The position numbers and the translations under genes are program-made. From a bacterium (GTDB lineage Bacteria; Armatimonadota; Zipacnadia; Zipacnadales; Zipacnadaceae), in the NCBI GenBank assembly GCA_030602615.1, contig JAUVZM010000005.1, forward strand, positions 5,094 to 69,093: 64,000 nucleotides of DNA, given 5' to 3'. The notes beneath the pieces were generated by a model. That model searched no databases and was not told the origin of the DNA. It worked only from the letters and a program-made list of their open reading frames with translations. Below, one piece after another: positions 19,350 through 29,151 of the stretch. How positions within the stretch are numbered: position 1 is the stretch's first letter; each line of letters starts with the position of its first letter.

Positions 19350-19715
19350 CTACGGTATGGTGAGCGCCTCGGCGGCGGCCTCCACATTCTCCAGAATCGG
19401 CACCATCGCGGCTACACCTGTCGTCAGAGTAGAAGCGGCCACCGAACCAGTGGCGCCAGCGATGGCCATATCGCCGCCCCGGCTGCGCAGGCGTACGGCA
19501 GTAGTCAGAAGCTGGCCCAGAGCCCGAGATATCAGGAATTCTGCGCCGGAAAGATCCACCACTAGGTAGCGGACGTCCTCGTCTATCAAGCTATCCAGCA
19601 GACGACTCAGCCGCTCCAGGCCCTCAGCGCCAGCGTCCACCTCTCCGCGAATAGCAAGCACTGTCACCGGCGGCTCGCGGTCTATCTCAGTCACTGCTGT
19701 TTCCATCTGCCTCAC
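19350..19715 (-). CDS. STAS domain anti-sigma-factor antagonist
   Basis: LAIRGEVDA, VVDLSGAEFLISRALGQL. Confidence 0.85.
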   Translation of the reverse strand: MRQMETAVTEIDREPPVTVLAIRGEVDAGAEGLERLSRLLDSLIDEDVRYLVVDLSGAEFLISRALGQLLTTAVRLRSRGGDMAIAGATGSVAASTLTTGVAAMVPILENVEAAAEALTIP

Positions 19716-20556
19716 CTACTTTTGCCTTGGCGATCTGATGCTGACTTGCCCAGTCCAACAGATGCTCGGCGCACTCGTCAGGCACCTCAACCGCACCGAT
19801 CTCCACTGGTATCGGCCCCTCTGGCCCATGCGAGTCGCTGCCTCCGGTGATCAGCAGATCATTCTCCTGGGCCATCACGATATAACGACGGGTCTGCGCC
19901 GGGCTGTGAATAATATGATACGCCTCTATGCCCTGCAAGCCGCAGTCTATCAAGCTGTCAACATGTTGCTCAGCGCCATCCAGTACCGGGTGGGCCAGCA
20001 CGGGTATCCCGCCAGCGCTAATTACCAACTCTACAGCCTCGCCGGGAGCAAGCTGGTAGCGCTCCACGTAAGCTGAGCCGCCCCGGCGCAGATACCGAGC
20101 AAAGGCCTGCCGGGAATCAGCCACGTGGCCCTCTCTGGCTAATCGCCGGGCGATATGGGGCCGGCCAATGCTGTCAGGGCCAGCCTCTTCCAGCAGCTTT
20201 TCAAAGTCAATGACAATCCCCAGCTTCTCCAGCTCATCAGCAATCTGGCGTGCCCGCTGGTGGCGGGCGTCGCGAATCGCCTGCAACTTCTCCCGCAATC
20301 CGACGTGCTGTAGGTCAATGAAGTAGCCCAGGATATGTACGTCCCGGCTGTCTACCGTGGTACTTATCTCAACGGCGGGCAATACCTGCAATTCAGTGTC
20401 AGCAGCCGCCTGCTGCGCGGGCACAACCCCTGATATGCTATCATGGTCACTAATGGCAATCGCTGTCAGTTGCTTATCCAGGGCCACTTGCACTATCTGC
20501 TGCGGCGTCAGCGTGCCATCGGAAAAAGTTGAATGAATGTGTAAGTCAATTGCCAT
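19687..20556 (-). CDS. PHP-domain phosphoesterase (YciV/TrpH-like)
   Basis: IDLHIHSTFSDG, ISDHD, GRPHIA, LAHP, TGGSDSHG. Real start is MAIDL at 20556. Confidence 0.92.
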   Translation of the reverse strand: MAIDLHIHSTFSDGTLTPQQIVQVALDKQLTAIAISDHDSISGVVPAQQAAADTELQVLPAVEISTTVDSRDVHILGYFIDLQHVGLREKLQAIRDARHQRARQIADELEKLGIVIDFEKLLEEAGPDSIGRPHIARRLAREGHVADSRQAFARYLRRGGSAYVERYQLAPGEAVELVISAGGIPVLAHPVLDGAEQHVDSLIDCGLQGIEAYHIIHSPAQTRRYIVMAQENDLLITGGSDSHGPEGPIPVEIGAVEVPDECAEHLLDWASQHQIAKAKVGEADGNSSD

Positions 20557-22876
20557 TCTGCGGTTTATTTCCCGAAGTGGCCGGCTCAGTCCTTCCTGTT
20601 GCCCACAACTGAGCCAGCAGTGCTGCGCCCGTCTTGTCCAACGGTTGATTGTCATCGCCGCAACTGGGCGACTGCACGCAGCCCGGACAGCCGGCTTCAC
20701 ACGAGCAGTTTGTTATCCGTTCATAGACCGCACCCAACACTTCCTCGGCCCGGTAGTAGGCCTCCTCGCAGATACCCACCCCCCCCGGATATCCGTCATA
20801 GATGAAAACTCCCCCGCCGTCCAGTGCTTTGTGATAAAAATACGAAACCCCCCCAATATCGTGGGCCTCACACAGCGCAAACAAGGGTAGCAGCGCCACG
20901 AGCGCGTGCTCCAGAGCGTGCAGGCTACCCATGGGGTGGCACTTGTGCGCGGCCAGCATCTGCGCCGCCGCCTCGCTGAGGGTCAGCCATACTCCTACTG
21001 TCTCGTAGTCCTGCGCCGGTAAATTCAGCTTTTCGCTTCCACATTGCTGGCCGCTTTCCCGGTTGAACTTGCGATACCCCACGACCTGGTTGTGGACATT
21101 GACCTCGCCGAGGCCTATCTGGCCGCAGCCAGCCAGCTCTCGCCTGTCATAAGCCTCAATGACATCCACGTCCGACATCTCCAGAGTCTGAGTGTAATAT
21201 TCAACATCAGTCGGCTCCACGGTGATGCGGTACTCTTCTATATCCAGGTCAGTAACCAGGTAGTCCTCTCCCTGGTGCAGGTAGACCGCGCCGGGATAGG
21301 TTATCCAGTAGACCGAATGTTCGTCAATCGTGCCCAGCAGCTCATCACAACTGGCATCAATAATCTCAAACTCGCCACCGGCACTGCTGCGGATATTGAC
21401 CTCGGCCGGTGGATAGATATCTACATCGCCGGACCAGTGCCAGCGGCGGCGCTTGCGCAGATAGTTGTGCTTCTCCAATGTCTGCAGAATTGCAGGCATC
21501 TGAGGGCCGAAGAAATCCTCGTCATCTTCAGCCAGCGACAACTCGTAAGCTGCGCACAGCAGATGCTGTCCCAGAATGAAGCGGTTATCGGGATTGATCA
21601 ACACTCGCTCCTGAGCAGCGTCCAGCAGATACTCGGGATGCTCAATGACATACTGGTCAATACCGCCGGGCAGCGCCACCAGCACGGCAAGCGAATCATG
21701 CTGCCCCCGGCCAGCCCGCCCGACCTGTTGCCAGGCCGAGGAGATACTGCCCGGATAACCGGTCATCACCACCGCGTCCAAGCCACCGATGTCCACGCCT
21801 AGCTCCAGGGCACTGGTAGCCGCCACCGCCAGCAAGTCACCGGAAAAGAGTTGCTGCTCGATCTGGCGCCGCTGCTCAGGTAAGTACCCTCCCCGATAAG
21901 CCATCAGGCGCTCGCTGAGCCTCTCATCGCCAGCCAGCTCGCGCATGTACTGGAGAATAAGCTCGGCATGCTGGCGGGCCTGGGTGAAGGTGAGCGTGCG
22001 AATGCCGCGGCCGGCCAGCGCCACGGTTAGCTTAGCAGCCTCCACACTGCCGCTGCGCCGCCGACCTGAGTCAGGTTCGAGCAGCGGCGGATTCCAGAAG
22101 ACGAAAAAACGCCGTCCCCGCGCCGAGGTGTCTTCGCTGATCACCTCAAAATCTGCCCCCACCAGCCGTCGGCAGTGCTCGCCGGGATTGCCCACAGTCG
22201 CCGACGAGCAGATGAACTGCGGCTCTGCACCGTGGTATTGGGCAATCCGCCGCAGTCGGCGCAGCACATTGGCCGTGTGCGAGCCGAACACGCCCCGGTA
22301 GGTATGCACCTCATCGAGCACGACATACTTAAGGTGCTCAAAGAAGTCGGCCCACGACTGATGATACGGGCAGACGGCCATATGCAGCATATCGGGGTTG
22401 GTGAGAATGACTTGCGAATACTGGCGGATGCGCCGGCGCTGGCTCTGGGGGGTGTCGCCGTCGTAGGTGTTAGCGGTAAACACCTCCCCGGCGCCAAAAT
22501 CGCTCAGCTTGCCCAGTTGATCCTGCGCCAGCGCCTTGGTCGGATAGACCAGGATTGCTCGAGTGGTTGGGTCTTCGTATATTGCCTGGGCCAGTGGCAC
22601 TGTGTAACACAGTGTCTTTCCGCTGGCCGTACCCGCGGCAATGACCACATTTTTGCCGGCAAATACCTGCTCGATGGCCCGGACCTGGTGACGATAGAGC
22701 CTATCCAGGCCCAGATTATCCAGAATAGTCTCCACCTGCGGGCTTAGTTGTACATCCAGTTCATCGTAACGCGCCGGCTGCGGGGGAATCACCTGAAGAT
22801 GCTGGATCTGGTCCTGGTAATCTGCACCTGTGGTCAGCTCATCCAGGAATGCCTCGATGGGAGACTGCTCGCTCAC
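20546..22876 (-). CDS. DEAD/DEAH helicase with DUF1998 Zn domain (MrfA/Hrq1 family)
   Basis: GTASGKT, YPTKALAQDQ, DEVH, ALELGVDIG, GRAGR, YDGYPGGVG, CSCEAGCPGC. Confidence 0.92.
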   Translation of the reverse strand: MSEQSPIEAFLDELTTGADYQDQIQHLQVIPPQPARYDELDVQLSPQVETILDNLGLDRLYRHQVRAIEQVFAGKNVVIAAGTASGKTLCYTVPLAQAIYEDPTTRAILVYPTKALAQDQLGKLSDFGAGEVFTANTYDGDTPQSQRRRIRQYSQVILTNPDMLHMAVCPYHQSWADFFEHLKYVVLDEVHTYRGVFGSHTANVLRRLRRIAQYHGAEPQFICSSATVGNPGEHCRRLVGADFEVISEDTSARGRRFFVFWNPPLLEPDSGRRRSGSVEAAKLTVALAGRGIRTLTFTQARQHAELILQYMRELAGDERLSERLMAYRGGYLPEQRRQIEQQLFSGDLLAVAATSALELGVDIGGLDAVVMTGYPGSISSAWQQVGRAGRGQHDSLAVLVALPGGIDQYVIEHPEYLLDAAQERVLINPDNRFILGQHLLCAAYELSLAEDDEDFFGPQMPAILQTLEKHNYLRKRRRWHWSGDVDIYPPAEVNIRSSAGGEFEIIDASCDELLGTIDEHSVYWITYPGAVYLHQGEDYLVTDLDIEEYRITVEPTDVEYYTQTLEMSDVDVIEAYDRRELAGCGQIGLGEVNVHNQVVGYRKFNRESGQQCGSEKLNLPAQDYETVGVWLTLSEAAAQMLAAHKCHPMGSLHALEHALVALLPLFALCEAHDIGGVSYFYHKALDGGGVFIYDGYPGGVGICEEAYYRAEEVLGAVYERITNCSCEAGCPGCVQSPSCGDDNQPLDKTGAALLAQLWATGRTEPATSGNKPQNGN

Positions 22877-23697
22877 TGCTCCTCACCTTCGGGGTCATCG
22901 ATCAGCTCATCATAGGGCGGGGGGAGCAGCTCATCTTCGCCGTCGGAGAGGTGAGGGCGCTTTTCGACCAGACGCACCAGACCAATGCTGAGCACATACA
23001 GCAACACCAGGGGCCCGGCCATAAACAGCATTGTCACCGGGTCGGTGGTGGGTGTAGCCACGGCCGCAACGATGAATATAGCAACCAGGGCATAGCGCCA
23101 CCATGTGAGCAGGCCGGTTGCTCGCACGATGCCAACCACACCCAGAAACATCAGCACCAGCGGCAGCTCAAAAGCCAGCCCGAAGACCAGCAGCAGTCGC
23201 AGCAGGAAATACAGATAGGGCTGGAGGGTCAGCTCCACCTCCACGCCCATGCTCTGATTGATGTGGAAGAAGAACGCGAAGGCGCGCGGCGAGATAAGAT
23301 AGCAGAACACAACTCCCCCGCCAAAAAGAATGGTTGCCGCTGGCAGCAGCCAGAAGACATAACGCTTCTCGTGGGGCTCGAGGGCCGGCTTGATGAATAG
23401 CCACATCTCCATAAAGATCAGCGGCGCGGCGAGGATGAGGCCAGCCACCAGCGCGATCTGCATCATCAGTATGAACCCGGCGGCCGGCTCGAAGATGCGG
23501 AAGGGCAGCTCCTCAATACCCGCCTGCTGCGCGCCGATCTCCGCCGGCAGCCGCAGGACTTCAAGCAGCGGACTGCGGATGGTCCAAGCCAACGCGGTGC
23601 CAACCGCCACATAGATAAGCATCCGCAGGATGCGCATACGCAGCTCATCCAGATGCTCAAAGAACGAGGCCTCTTTTCGGTAGCTCTGGGCAGTCAC
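22873..23697 (-). CDS. tatC: Twin-arginine translocase TatC
   Basis: FFEHLDELRMR, FIKPAL, FGLAFELP, AAVATPTTDP. Confidence 0.95.
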   Translation of the reverse strand: MTAQSYRKEASFFEHLDELRMRILRMLIYVAVGTALAWTIRSPLLEVLRLPAEIGAQQAGIEELPFRIFEPAAGFILMMQIALVAGLILAAPLIFMEMWLFIKPALEPHEKRYVFWLLPAATILFGGGVVFCYLISPRAFAFFFHINQSMGVEVELTLQPYLYFLLRLLLVFGLAFELPLVLMFLGVVGIVRATGLLTWWRYALVAIFIVAAVATPTTDPVTMLFMAGPLVLLYVLSIGLVRLVEKRPHLSDGEDELLPPPYDELIDDPEGEEQ

Positions 23698-23825
23698 AGC
23701 AATTGCCTACTCCCAATCCCACTCCAACATTTAGCAAGCACAAGTCCCGAAGGAATCCTGGTGCCGGGCAGCGAACTTAACCGCAGTTGTCTGTAAGTCT
23801 ACTGTTCTTTTGAGGAGGCGACAAG

Positions 23826-24197
23826 GTGGTAACTGAATCTGGAACACCTGATGATATACTCCGTACGCTGCGCCGGGACAACCCCGACGTCACCGCGGCG
23901 ATGGTGGTGACCCCCGACGGCTTCCCCGTTGCCGCGGATACCGGCCCGCAGGTCTCCGAGGATATGCTGGGGGCGCTGGCGGCTGACCTTCTCACCCGCG
24001 CAGCCCGCAGCGCTCGAGAATTCGGACAGGGCACCATCGAAGAGCTGTACGCTCGCGCCGAGACTGGTCATCTGATTGTGGTTACCGCCGGCGCCGAGCA
24101 GCTCCTGGCCTGCCTGGCTGCACCGGAAGTGACCCTGGGCCTGCTGCTGGCCGACGTGCGCCAGGCTGCCAATAAGCTGGCCTCAACTGCTGGCTAA
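23826..24197 (+). CDS. Roadblock/LC7 (MglB-like) protein
   Basis: AAMVVTPDGFPVA...LGALAA...GLLL. Confidence 0.88.
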   Translation: MVTESGTPDDILRTLRRDNPDVTAAMVVTPDGFPVAADTGPQVSEDMLGALAADLLTRAARSAREFGQGTIEELYARAETGHLIVVTAGAEQLLACLAAPEVTLGLLLADVRQAANKLASTAG

Positions 24198-24231
24198 TCG
24201 CTGGGCCGCCTGTTGTTCTTGCTGCCAGGCC

Positions 24232-25230
24232 CTATCTGCGTTCCTTGTACCATGTCTCAAAGTATTCCCGGCTGCGGGCCAGGCTACGTTCCAGCCAGTC
24301 CTGATGGTCGGCAAACCAGCGCACCGTTCTGCGCAGGCCCTCTTCCCACTGAATCTGTGGCTGCCAGCCCAGTTCAGCCATTTTCTGGCCACTCATAGCA
24401 TACCGAACATCGTGACCGGGACGATCCGTTACATGCTTGATGAGGCTGGCGGGCTTGCCCAGCTCGTCCAGTATCACTCGAATCGTCTCCAGATTCTCGC
24501 GCTCGCTGCCGGCGAGAATGTTATACACCTCTCCGACCTGGCCCTTCTCCAGCAATGTGTGCATCGCCCGACAGTAGTCGGTCACATGCAGCCAGTCGCG
24601 CCGCTGCCGGCCATCGCCGTAGACCGGCAACGGCTCGTCGCGCAGCGCCTTATAGACGAACAGCGGCACCAGCTTCTCGGGATATTGATAGGGGCCGTAG
24701 TTGTTACACGGGCGCGAGATGATAACGGGCACGTCGTAGGTCACATAGTACGCCTGGGCCAGGTGGTCGGCGCCGGCCTTGCTGGCTGAGTAGGGATTGC
24801 GGGGATTCAGCCGCGCCGCTTCGTCGAACTGGCCCGTCTTAACCGGCCCGTAAACCTCATCGGTGGAGACATGCAGAAACAGATCCGGCTGAGTCTGGCG
24901 GGCAGCCTCCAGCAGCACAAAAGTACCCTGAAAGTTGGTCTGCATTGCCGGCTGCGGCCCCAGGATGCTGCGGTCCACATGCGACTCCGCCGCCAGGTGC
25001 ACCACCACATTCACGCCGGCCATCGCCTCCTGCACTACATCCACATCGCAAATATCTCCTTCAACAATAGTGACCCTGGGGTCGGCATCAACGTCGGCCA
25101 GATTCTCCCGACTGCCCGCATAAGTGAACTTGTCCAGCACCCGCACCCGCGCATCCGGAATATGCTCAAGCAGATACCGGACGAAATTACAACCAATGAA
25201 TCCTGCGCCACCCGTTACTAGAATGTTCAT
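24232..25230 (-). CDS. rfbB: dTDP-glucose 4,6-dehydratase
   Basis: ILVTGGAGFIG, AAESHVDRSI, VSTDEVYG, PYSASKA, DRPGHDVRYA. Confidence 0.95.
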   Translation of the reverse strand: MNILVTGGAGFIGCNFVRYLLEHIPDARVRVLDKFTYAGSRENLADVDADPRVTIVEGDICDVDVVQEAMAGVNVVVHLAAESHVDRSILGPQPAMQTNFQGTFVLLEAARQTQPDLFLHVSTDEVYGPVKTGQFDEAARLNPRNPYSASKAGADHLAQAYYVTYDVPVIISRPCNNYGPYQYPEKLVPLFVYKALRDEPLPVYGDGRQRRDWLHVTDYCRAMHTLLEKGQVGEVYNILAGSERENLETIRVILDELGKPASLIKHVTDRPGHDVRYAMSGQKMAELGWQPQIQWEEGLRRTVRWFADHQDWLERSLARSREYFETWYKERR

Positions 25231-25270
25231 ACCCGTCTCCCTGACTACATCACATGTGGGGATGATCATA

Positions 25271-26068
25271 TCAATCGGCTGATCCAGCTTCCTGCATCAG
25301 CGCCTCAAGATCAGGCATTCCACCTTTCGGTGTAACACCTATTAGTGCTTGAGCAGCCTCAATTTGAATACCAAGGGCTATCATGAGTTGACGCAGTATC
25401 CACAGGGATAGCTTCTGCTGATCAATACGTTCGGTGTGTCCGTCCAGCCTAAGCTCGTCGGGGAAGGCGTATGTTACCCCGTAGACACTGGGATGAACCA
25501 ACTCGCACAGCCGGGCATAACAGCAGTCAAACTGCATCCTACGCCCTGCCTGCCGAAATGTACTGGCAATGCTGAGACCATTCCAGCTATCGGCGTCTTG
25601 GAAGAGTGGCTGGCCATTCTCGTCATGCTCTCCTTGCCAAAGCCCATCTCGGAACTCACGGAACTCTTTGACCTTTTCCCTCAAACACCGCCGTGCTTTG
25701 GGAGTATCGTACCGCGACACTATCTTGTGCTTCTTGAACCCTTTCCAGGCTCGAAGCCGATCCTGTGCGTCACTAATCAGAAACAGTCTAGCGAAGTCTT
25801 CAGCATCGCTTCCTCTACTACGTATGTAGGCCAGCACGCCTGCGTCCTCGAATACCGTGCGCGTCAGGACACCTGCTGCTTCCCAGTACTCACTATCAAG
25901 CAGGAGTTTGGTAGCACAACCGAAGTTGGAGGATCGCGAAAAAACCACGTGAATTGCGCCCCATCGGTGCAGTTGTGAACGGGGAGTATTTCCGTGTTGG
26001 ATCAACCTTCCCCAAACAGTTTCGGCCACTTCCTGATGACAGGTGAGTATCTCATCAAGTGACTTCAT
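25271..26068 (-). CDS. DUF5677-like helical protein (possibly HEPN-related), lower GC
   Basis: AGVLTRTVFE...LAYI and YARLCELVHP motifs. Visibly more AT-rich than its neighbours. Confidence 0.6.
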   Translation of the reverse strand: MKSLDEILTCHQEVAETVWGRLIQHGNTPRSQLHRWGAIHVVFSRSSNFGCATKLLLDSEYWEAAGVLTRTVFEDAGVLAYIRSRGSDAEDFARLFLISDAQDRLRAWKGFKKHKIVSRYDTPKARRCLREKVKEFREFRDGLWQGEHDENGQPLFQDADSWNGLSIASTFRQAGRRMQFDCCYARLCELVHPSVYGVTYAFPDELRLDGHTERIDQQKLSLWILRQLMIALGIQIEAAQALIGVTPKGGMPDLEALMQEAGSAD

Positions 26069-26127
26069 AGGCTCATACACCGTACCTCTACGCGCTTTGT
26101 CCAAGAAGTACCTACCGCGGGACTGTC

Positions 26128-26796
26128 TCAGATCTCCAATCCCGGGCTGATTATTGCCTCCATGATAGTCGGTGGGCGAGCGTCTTCCAGAATTACGCGG
26201 CGGCCCTCGATACGCAGGCGACCCTCGGCACACCACTGAATCGCCTGCGGGTATATCTTATGCTCCTGCGCAAGGATACGAGCGGCGAGGCTGGCGCCGT
26301 CGTCGCCGGGGAGCACCGGCACCGCCGCCTGGATGATAATCGGGCCGGTATCAAACTCCGGCCAGGCAAAATGCACCGTGCAGCCCGCGACTTTCACGCC
26401 ATAGTCAGCAGCATCCTCCTGCCCGTGCGTGCCTGGGAAAGAGGGCAGCAGCGCCGGGTGAATGTTGAGTATCGCCTCCGGATAGGCTGCAAACATATTG
26501 GGCCCGATCAGGCGCATATATCCCGCCAGACAGACCAGGTCCACATCGTGGTTCTGGAGCAGTTCAACATGCCGCCGATCCGCCGCTGTGAATTCAGGGC
26601 TGTCATTTTTGCCGACGGGCACGTGGTAGGCAGGGATGTCGTGGCTGCGGGCCCGCTCCAGCGCATACGCATCAGCCTTGTCGCTGATGACCACCGTCAC
26701 CGTGGCGTCAATCCTGCCTCCTGCGCAGGCATCAATAATCGCTTGCAGGTTAGTCCCGCCGCCGGAGACGAATACACCAAGGTTGAGCTGGCTCAT
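26128..26796 (-). CDS. purN: Phosphoribosylglycinamide formyltransferase
   Basis: SGGGTNLQA, LAGYMRL, LNIHPALLPSFPG, GCTVHF, DTGPII. Confidence 0.96.
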   Translation of the reverse strand: MSQLNLGVFVSGGGTNLQAIIDACAGGRIDATVTVVISDKADAYALERARSHDIPAYHVPVGKNDSPEFTAADRRHVELLQNHDVDLVCLAGYMRLIGPNMFAAYPEAILNIHPALLPSFPGTHGQEDAADYGVKVAGCTVHFAWPEFDTGPIIIQAAVPVLPGDDGASLAARILAQEHKIYPQAIQWCAEGRLRIEGRRVILEDARPPTIMEAIISPGLEI

Positions 26797-26897
26797 TGTT
26801 AGACACCTTCCACATAAACTCATCCGAAGCTGGTTACCTGTAACCTTTCGCGGCCCGCGGGCAAAATCCTGCCTGCCCTCCGCCCAGAACCAGGCCT

Positions 26898-26926
26898 TTG
26901 CCAGGCCCAAGTTGTCGATGTATAAT
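26898..26926 (+). promoter_or_regulatory. Sigma70 promoter
   Basis: TTGCCA-17 nt-TATAAT. Confidence 0.7.
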
Positions 26927-26969
26927 GAAAGGGCAACCATGGGAAAGCAGATAGTAAGGGGGTAGGCGA

Positions 26970-28037
26970 ATGAGAACGACAATGCTAATCCTGTCTCTTC
27001 TGGCCCTGGCAGTAATACCTGCGCTCACAGACGACGGCGCAATCGGGGTAGTTGGTGGCGCAGTGCAGATGCTCGACGAACACAGCGATGTGCGGATGGT
27101 CTCTGCAAAGATCAGTGCTGATGTCCATATAGGGAGCACCAGGGTTCGCTGCGAGTACCTGCTCAAGAATGAAGGCAAGGGGCAGATGGTAACCTTGGGC
27201 TTCCCAGACATGCCGGGATGGGAGGGAGCTGACGTCCGAATAACGCATGTGCATCTCCACGACTTCCGCTCGTGGGTTGATGGCAAGCGATTGTCTGTCA
27301 AGCTTCACACTATGTCCCGGGAAAAAGGCTCCGGCTTCGACCGGTGGTATGTTAGGCGGATATGGTTTGGTCCTGGTCGAACGCGGCAGGTGGTCAATAC
27401 CTACATCCAAGGTCATGGTATGATGTCGGACGGGTCGCGGTGGTTTCCCTATACCATATGGCCGGCGGGATCATGGAGGGGCCCCATTGGCGAACTTGAC
27501 ATCACTGTGCGGTGGTGCGAACCGCACTTGTGGAACCATGAACGCACGCGGACATGGTCATGGACCGACCTCGAGCCCACTCGGCAACACGTCGCGGATA
27601 TATTTGTGGGTTTTTACCCGGCGTGGCGGCAGGCGGTTGTCAACGGGGAAAAGAACTGGGGCCCAGAAGCTGCTAACTGGTTCCTGGTCTACTCAGACCT
27701 GACCATGGCTCCAGTGCGGCATCTAGCCAGTTTGCTCGGCTTGGAGTGTGTTTGGGCCGATGGGGTAGTCGCCCTGTCGGACGGTGCGGGGAAGATGTTC
27801 GTTTGCCAGGTCGATAGCGAGAAAGCAATTGTCAACAGCAAGGTGATTACCATGCGAAGGGCACCTATGCTGCGGACCGCGCCCGGCTACACCAGGGGAC
27901 AACGCCATATGTATGCTCCCCTTCGCCCGATTTGTGACGTGTTCGGCTGGCGCTGCAGCCTGTACTACGACCAGTACGCCGTGGTGCTGGAGCGCGCGGA
28001 GCCAAAGCCCGCTCAGGCAGTGGAGGAGAGCCAATAG
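26970..28037 (+). CDS. Secreted DUF4424-like protein with C-terminal copper-amine-oxidase N-terminal (stalk) domain
   Basis: Signal peptide; VRMVSAKI, LGFP, SWRGPIG, LEPT; C-terminal MYAPLRPICDVFG. Confidence 0.7.
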   Translation: MRTTMLILSLLALAVIPALTDDGAIGVVGGAVQMLDEHSDVRMVSAKISADVHIGSTRVRCEYLLKNEGKGQMVTLGFPDMPGWEGADVRITHVHLHDFRSWVDGKRLSVKLHTMSREKGSGFDRWYVRRIWFGPGRTRQVVNTYIQGHGMMSDGSRWFPYTIWPAGSWRGPIGELDITVRWCEPHLWNHERTRTWSWTDLEPTRQHVADIFVGFYPAWRQAVVNGEKNWGPEAANWFLVYSDLTMAPVRHLASLLGLECVWADGVVALSDGAGKMFVCQVDSEKAIVNSKVITMRRAPMLRTAPGYTRGQRHMYAPLRPICDVFGWRCSLYYDQYAVVLERAEPKPAQAVEESQ

Positions 28038-28102
28038 CGAAGAAAGAAGCCCCTGGTGGCTGGCGGACTCAGAACTTGATCTACGTGGCCCGCGGCGTAG
28101 TA

Positions 28103-28159
28103 TTGACAAACGAGGCAAATAGTGTTAGACTCTAACGGCATATTGGAATCTGTCAATAT
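28103..28159 (+). promoter_or_regulatory. Sigma70 promoter and ArsR-type operator
   Basis: TTGACA(28103)-17-TAGACT. Inverted repeat ATATTG-N8-CAATAT at 28140-28159. Confidence 0.7.
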
Positions 28160-28167
28160 TTACAGCT

Positions 28168-28494
28168 ATGCAAACGCTTGCCACCAGGTGCGTTCATAAA
28201 CTCAGAGTAGAAGTTCTCAAGGCGCTCGCCTCCCACACTAGACTTCACATAATTGCTCTGTTGCGCGACGGCGAGATGGCTGTTTGCGATATTGCTGACG
28301 CACTGGGGAACAATCAGTCTACCATATCGTGTCACTTGAATACACTTCGGGCCAGCGGACTGGTGACAACGCGCAAAGAGGGCAATCGGGTTCACTACCG
28401 GCTGGCCCACGAGGCAGTTGACGAGCTGCTCGAGCTGGTTGATGAGATACTGAAGGCCCAGTGCCTAAGTAACAGTGAAACACTGGACCTGTAG
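28168..28494 (+). CDS. ArsR/SmtB metalloregulator
   Basis: LKALASHTRLHII, MAVCDIA, QSTISCHLNTLRASGLV, RKEGNRVHYRL. Confidence 0.93.
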   Translation: MQTLATRCVHKLRVEVLKALASHTRLHIIALLRDGEMAVCDIADALGNNQSTISCHLNTLRASGLVTTRKEGNRVHYRLAHEAVDELLELVDEILKAQCLSNSETLDL

Positions 28495-28548
28495 GACAGA
28501 GAATGAATAGCTTCCTACAGCGTTTTCCCCAAGAAGGAGGTGACCAAT

Positions 28549-28671
28549 ATGTGTGGATGCTGTGAGCCAAAGAAGGAAAAAGAGTGCTGTGAGCCGAAGC
28601 AGGAAGAGTGCTGCCCGGAAGAAAAGAAAGAAGAGAAGTGCGAAGAGGAAAAGAAAAGCTGTTGCGAATAG
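28549..28671 (+). CDS. Small Cys/Glu/Lys-rich metallothionein-like peptide (40 aa)
   Basis: MCGCCEPKKEKECCEPKQEECCPEEKKEEKCEEEKKSCCE. RBS AAGGAGGTGA. Followed by a terminator. Confidence 0.8.
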   Translation: MCGCCEPKKEKECCEPKQEECCPEEKKEEKCEEEKKSCCE

Positions 28672-28680
28672 CAATAGCAC

Positions 28681-28720
28681 AGACTGGGGCCTGATGCAAC
28701 ACAGGCCCCAGTCTTTTTTT
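28681..28720 (+). terminator. Rho-independent terminator
   Basis: AGACTGGGGCCTG-loop-CAGGCCCCAGTCT followed by a T run. Confidence 0.92.
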
Positions 28721-28743
28721 GCGTACATTGATGCCCGACTACC

Positions 28744-29151
28744 TTAGAACTCCACCTTCATCGCCCGCGGCGGGCAGGCGGGCACACACAGCTCACAGGC
28801 GACGCAGCGATCCGAGTCGAAGTGTACCTCCTGCGTCGCCACTTCCCGGTACAGCGCCTCCGTGGGGCAGATCGTCAGGCACGCCCCACAGTGGTTGCAT
28901 CGGTCTTCGTCGCGCACCACATCGCGTTCCAGCGGCTCGACGGCCACACCCTGGTCGCGCGTCCAGGCCAGCCCCTGACGCAGGTTCTCTTCGCTGCCCT
29001 CCAGTCCCACCACCAGCAGACCCTCCGATTCGGGAGTAATATTGGCGCGCAGGATGTTCAGCTCCAGGTCGTAGTTCTTCACCAGGTGCGAGACGACTGG
29101 TTCATCTATCAGATGACGCGGGTAGCGTAAGACTACGCGGCGCGTTGCCAT
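28744..29151 (-). CDS. NIL-domain 4Fe-4S ferredoxin (aspartate-semialdehyde sulfurtransferase partner)
   Basis: LNILRANI NIL domain; CNHCGACLTICP and CVACELCVPACP. Confidence 0.9.
   Translation of the reverse strand: MATRRVVLRYPRHLIDEPVVSHLVKNYDLELNILRANITPESEGLLVVGLEGSEENLRQGLAWTRDQGVAVEPLERDVVRDEDRCNHCGACLTICPTEALYREVATQEVHFDSDRCVACELCVPACPPRAMKVEF

Noticed and set aside
28465..28747. ORF-track frames 28553-28747 (+) and 28465-28728 (-)
   Set aside because: Alternative-frame shadows of the Cys-rich peptide; they cross the terminator and fit the RBS worse
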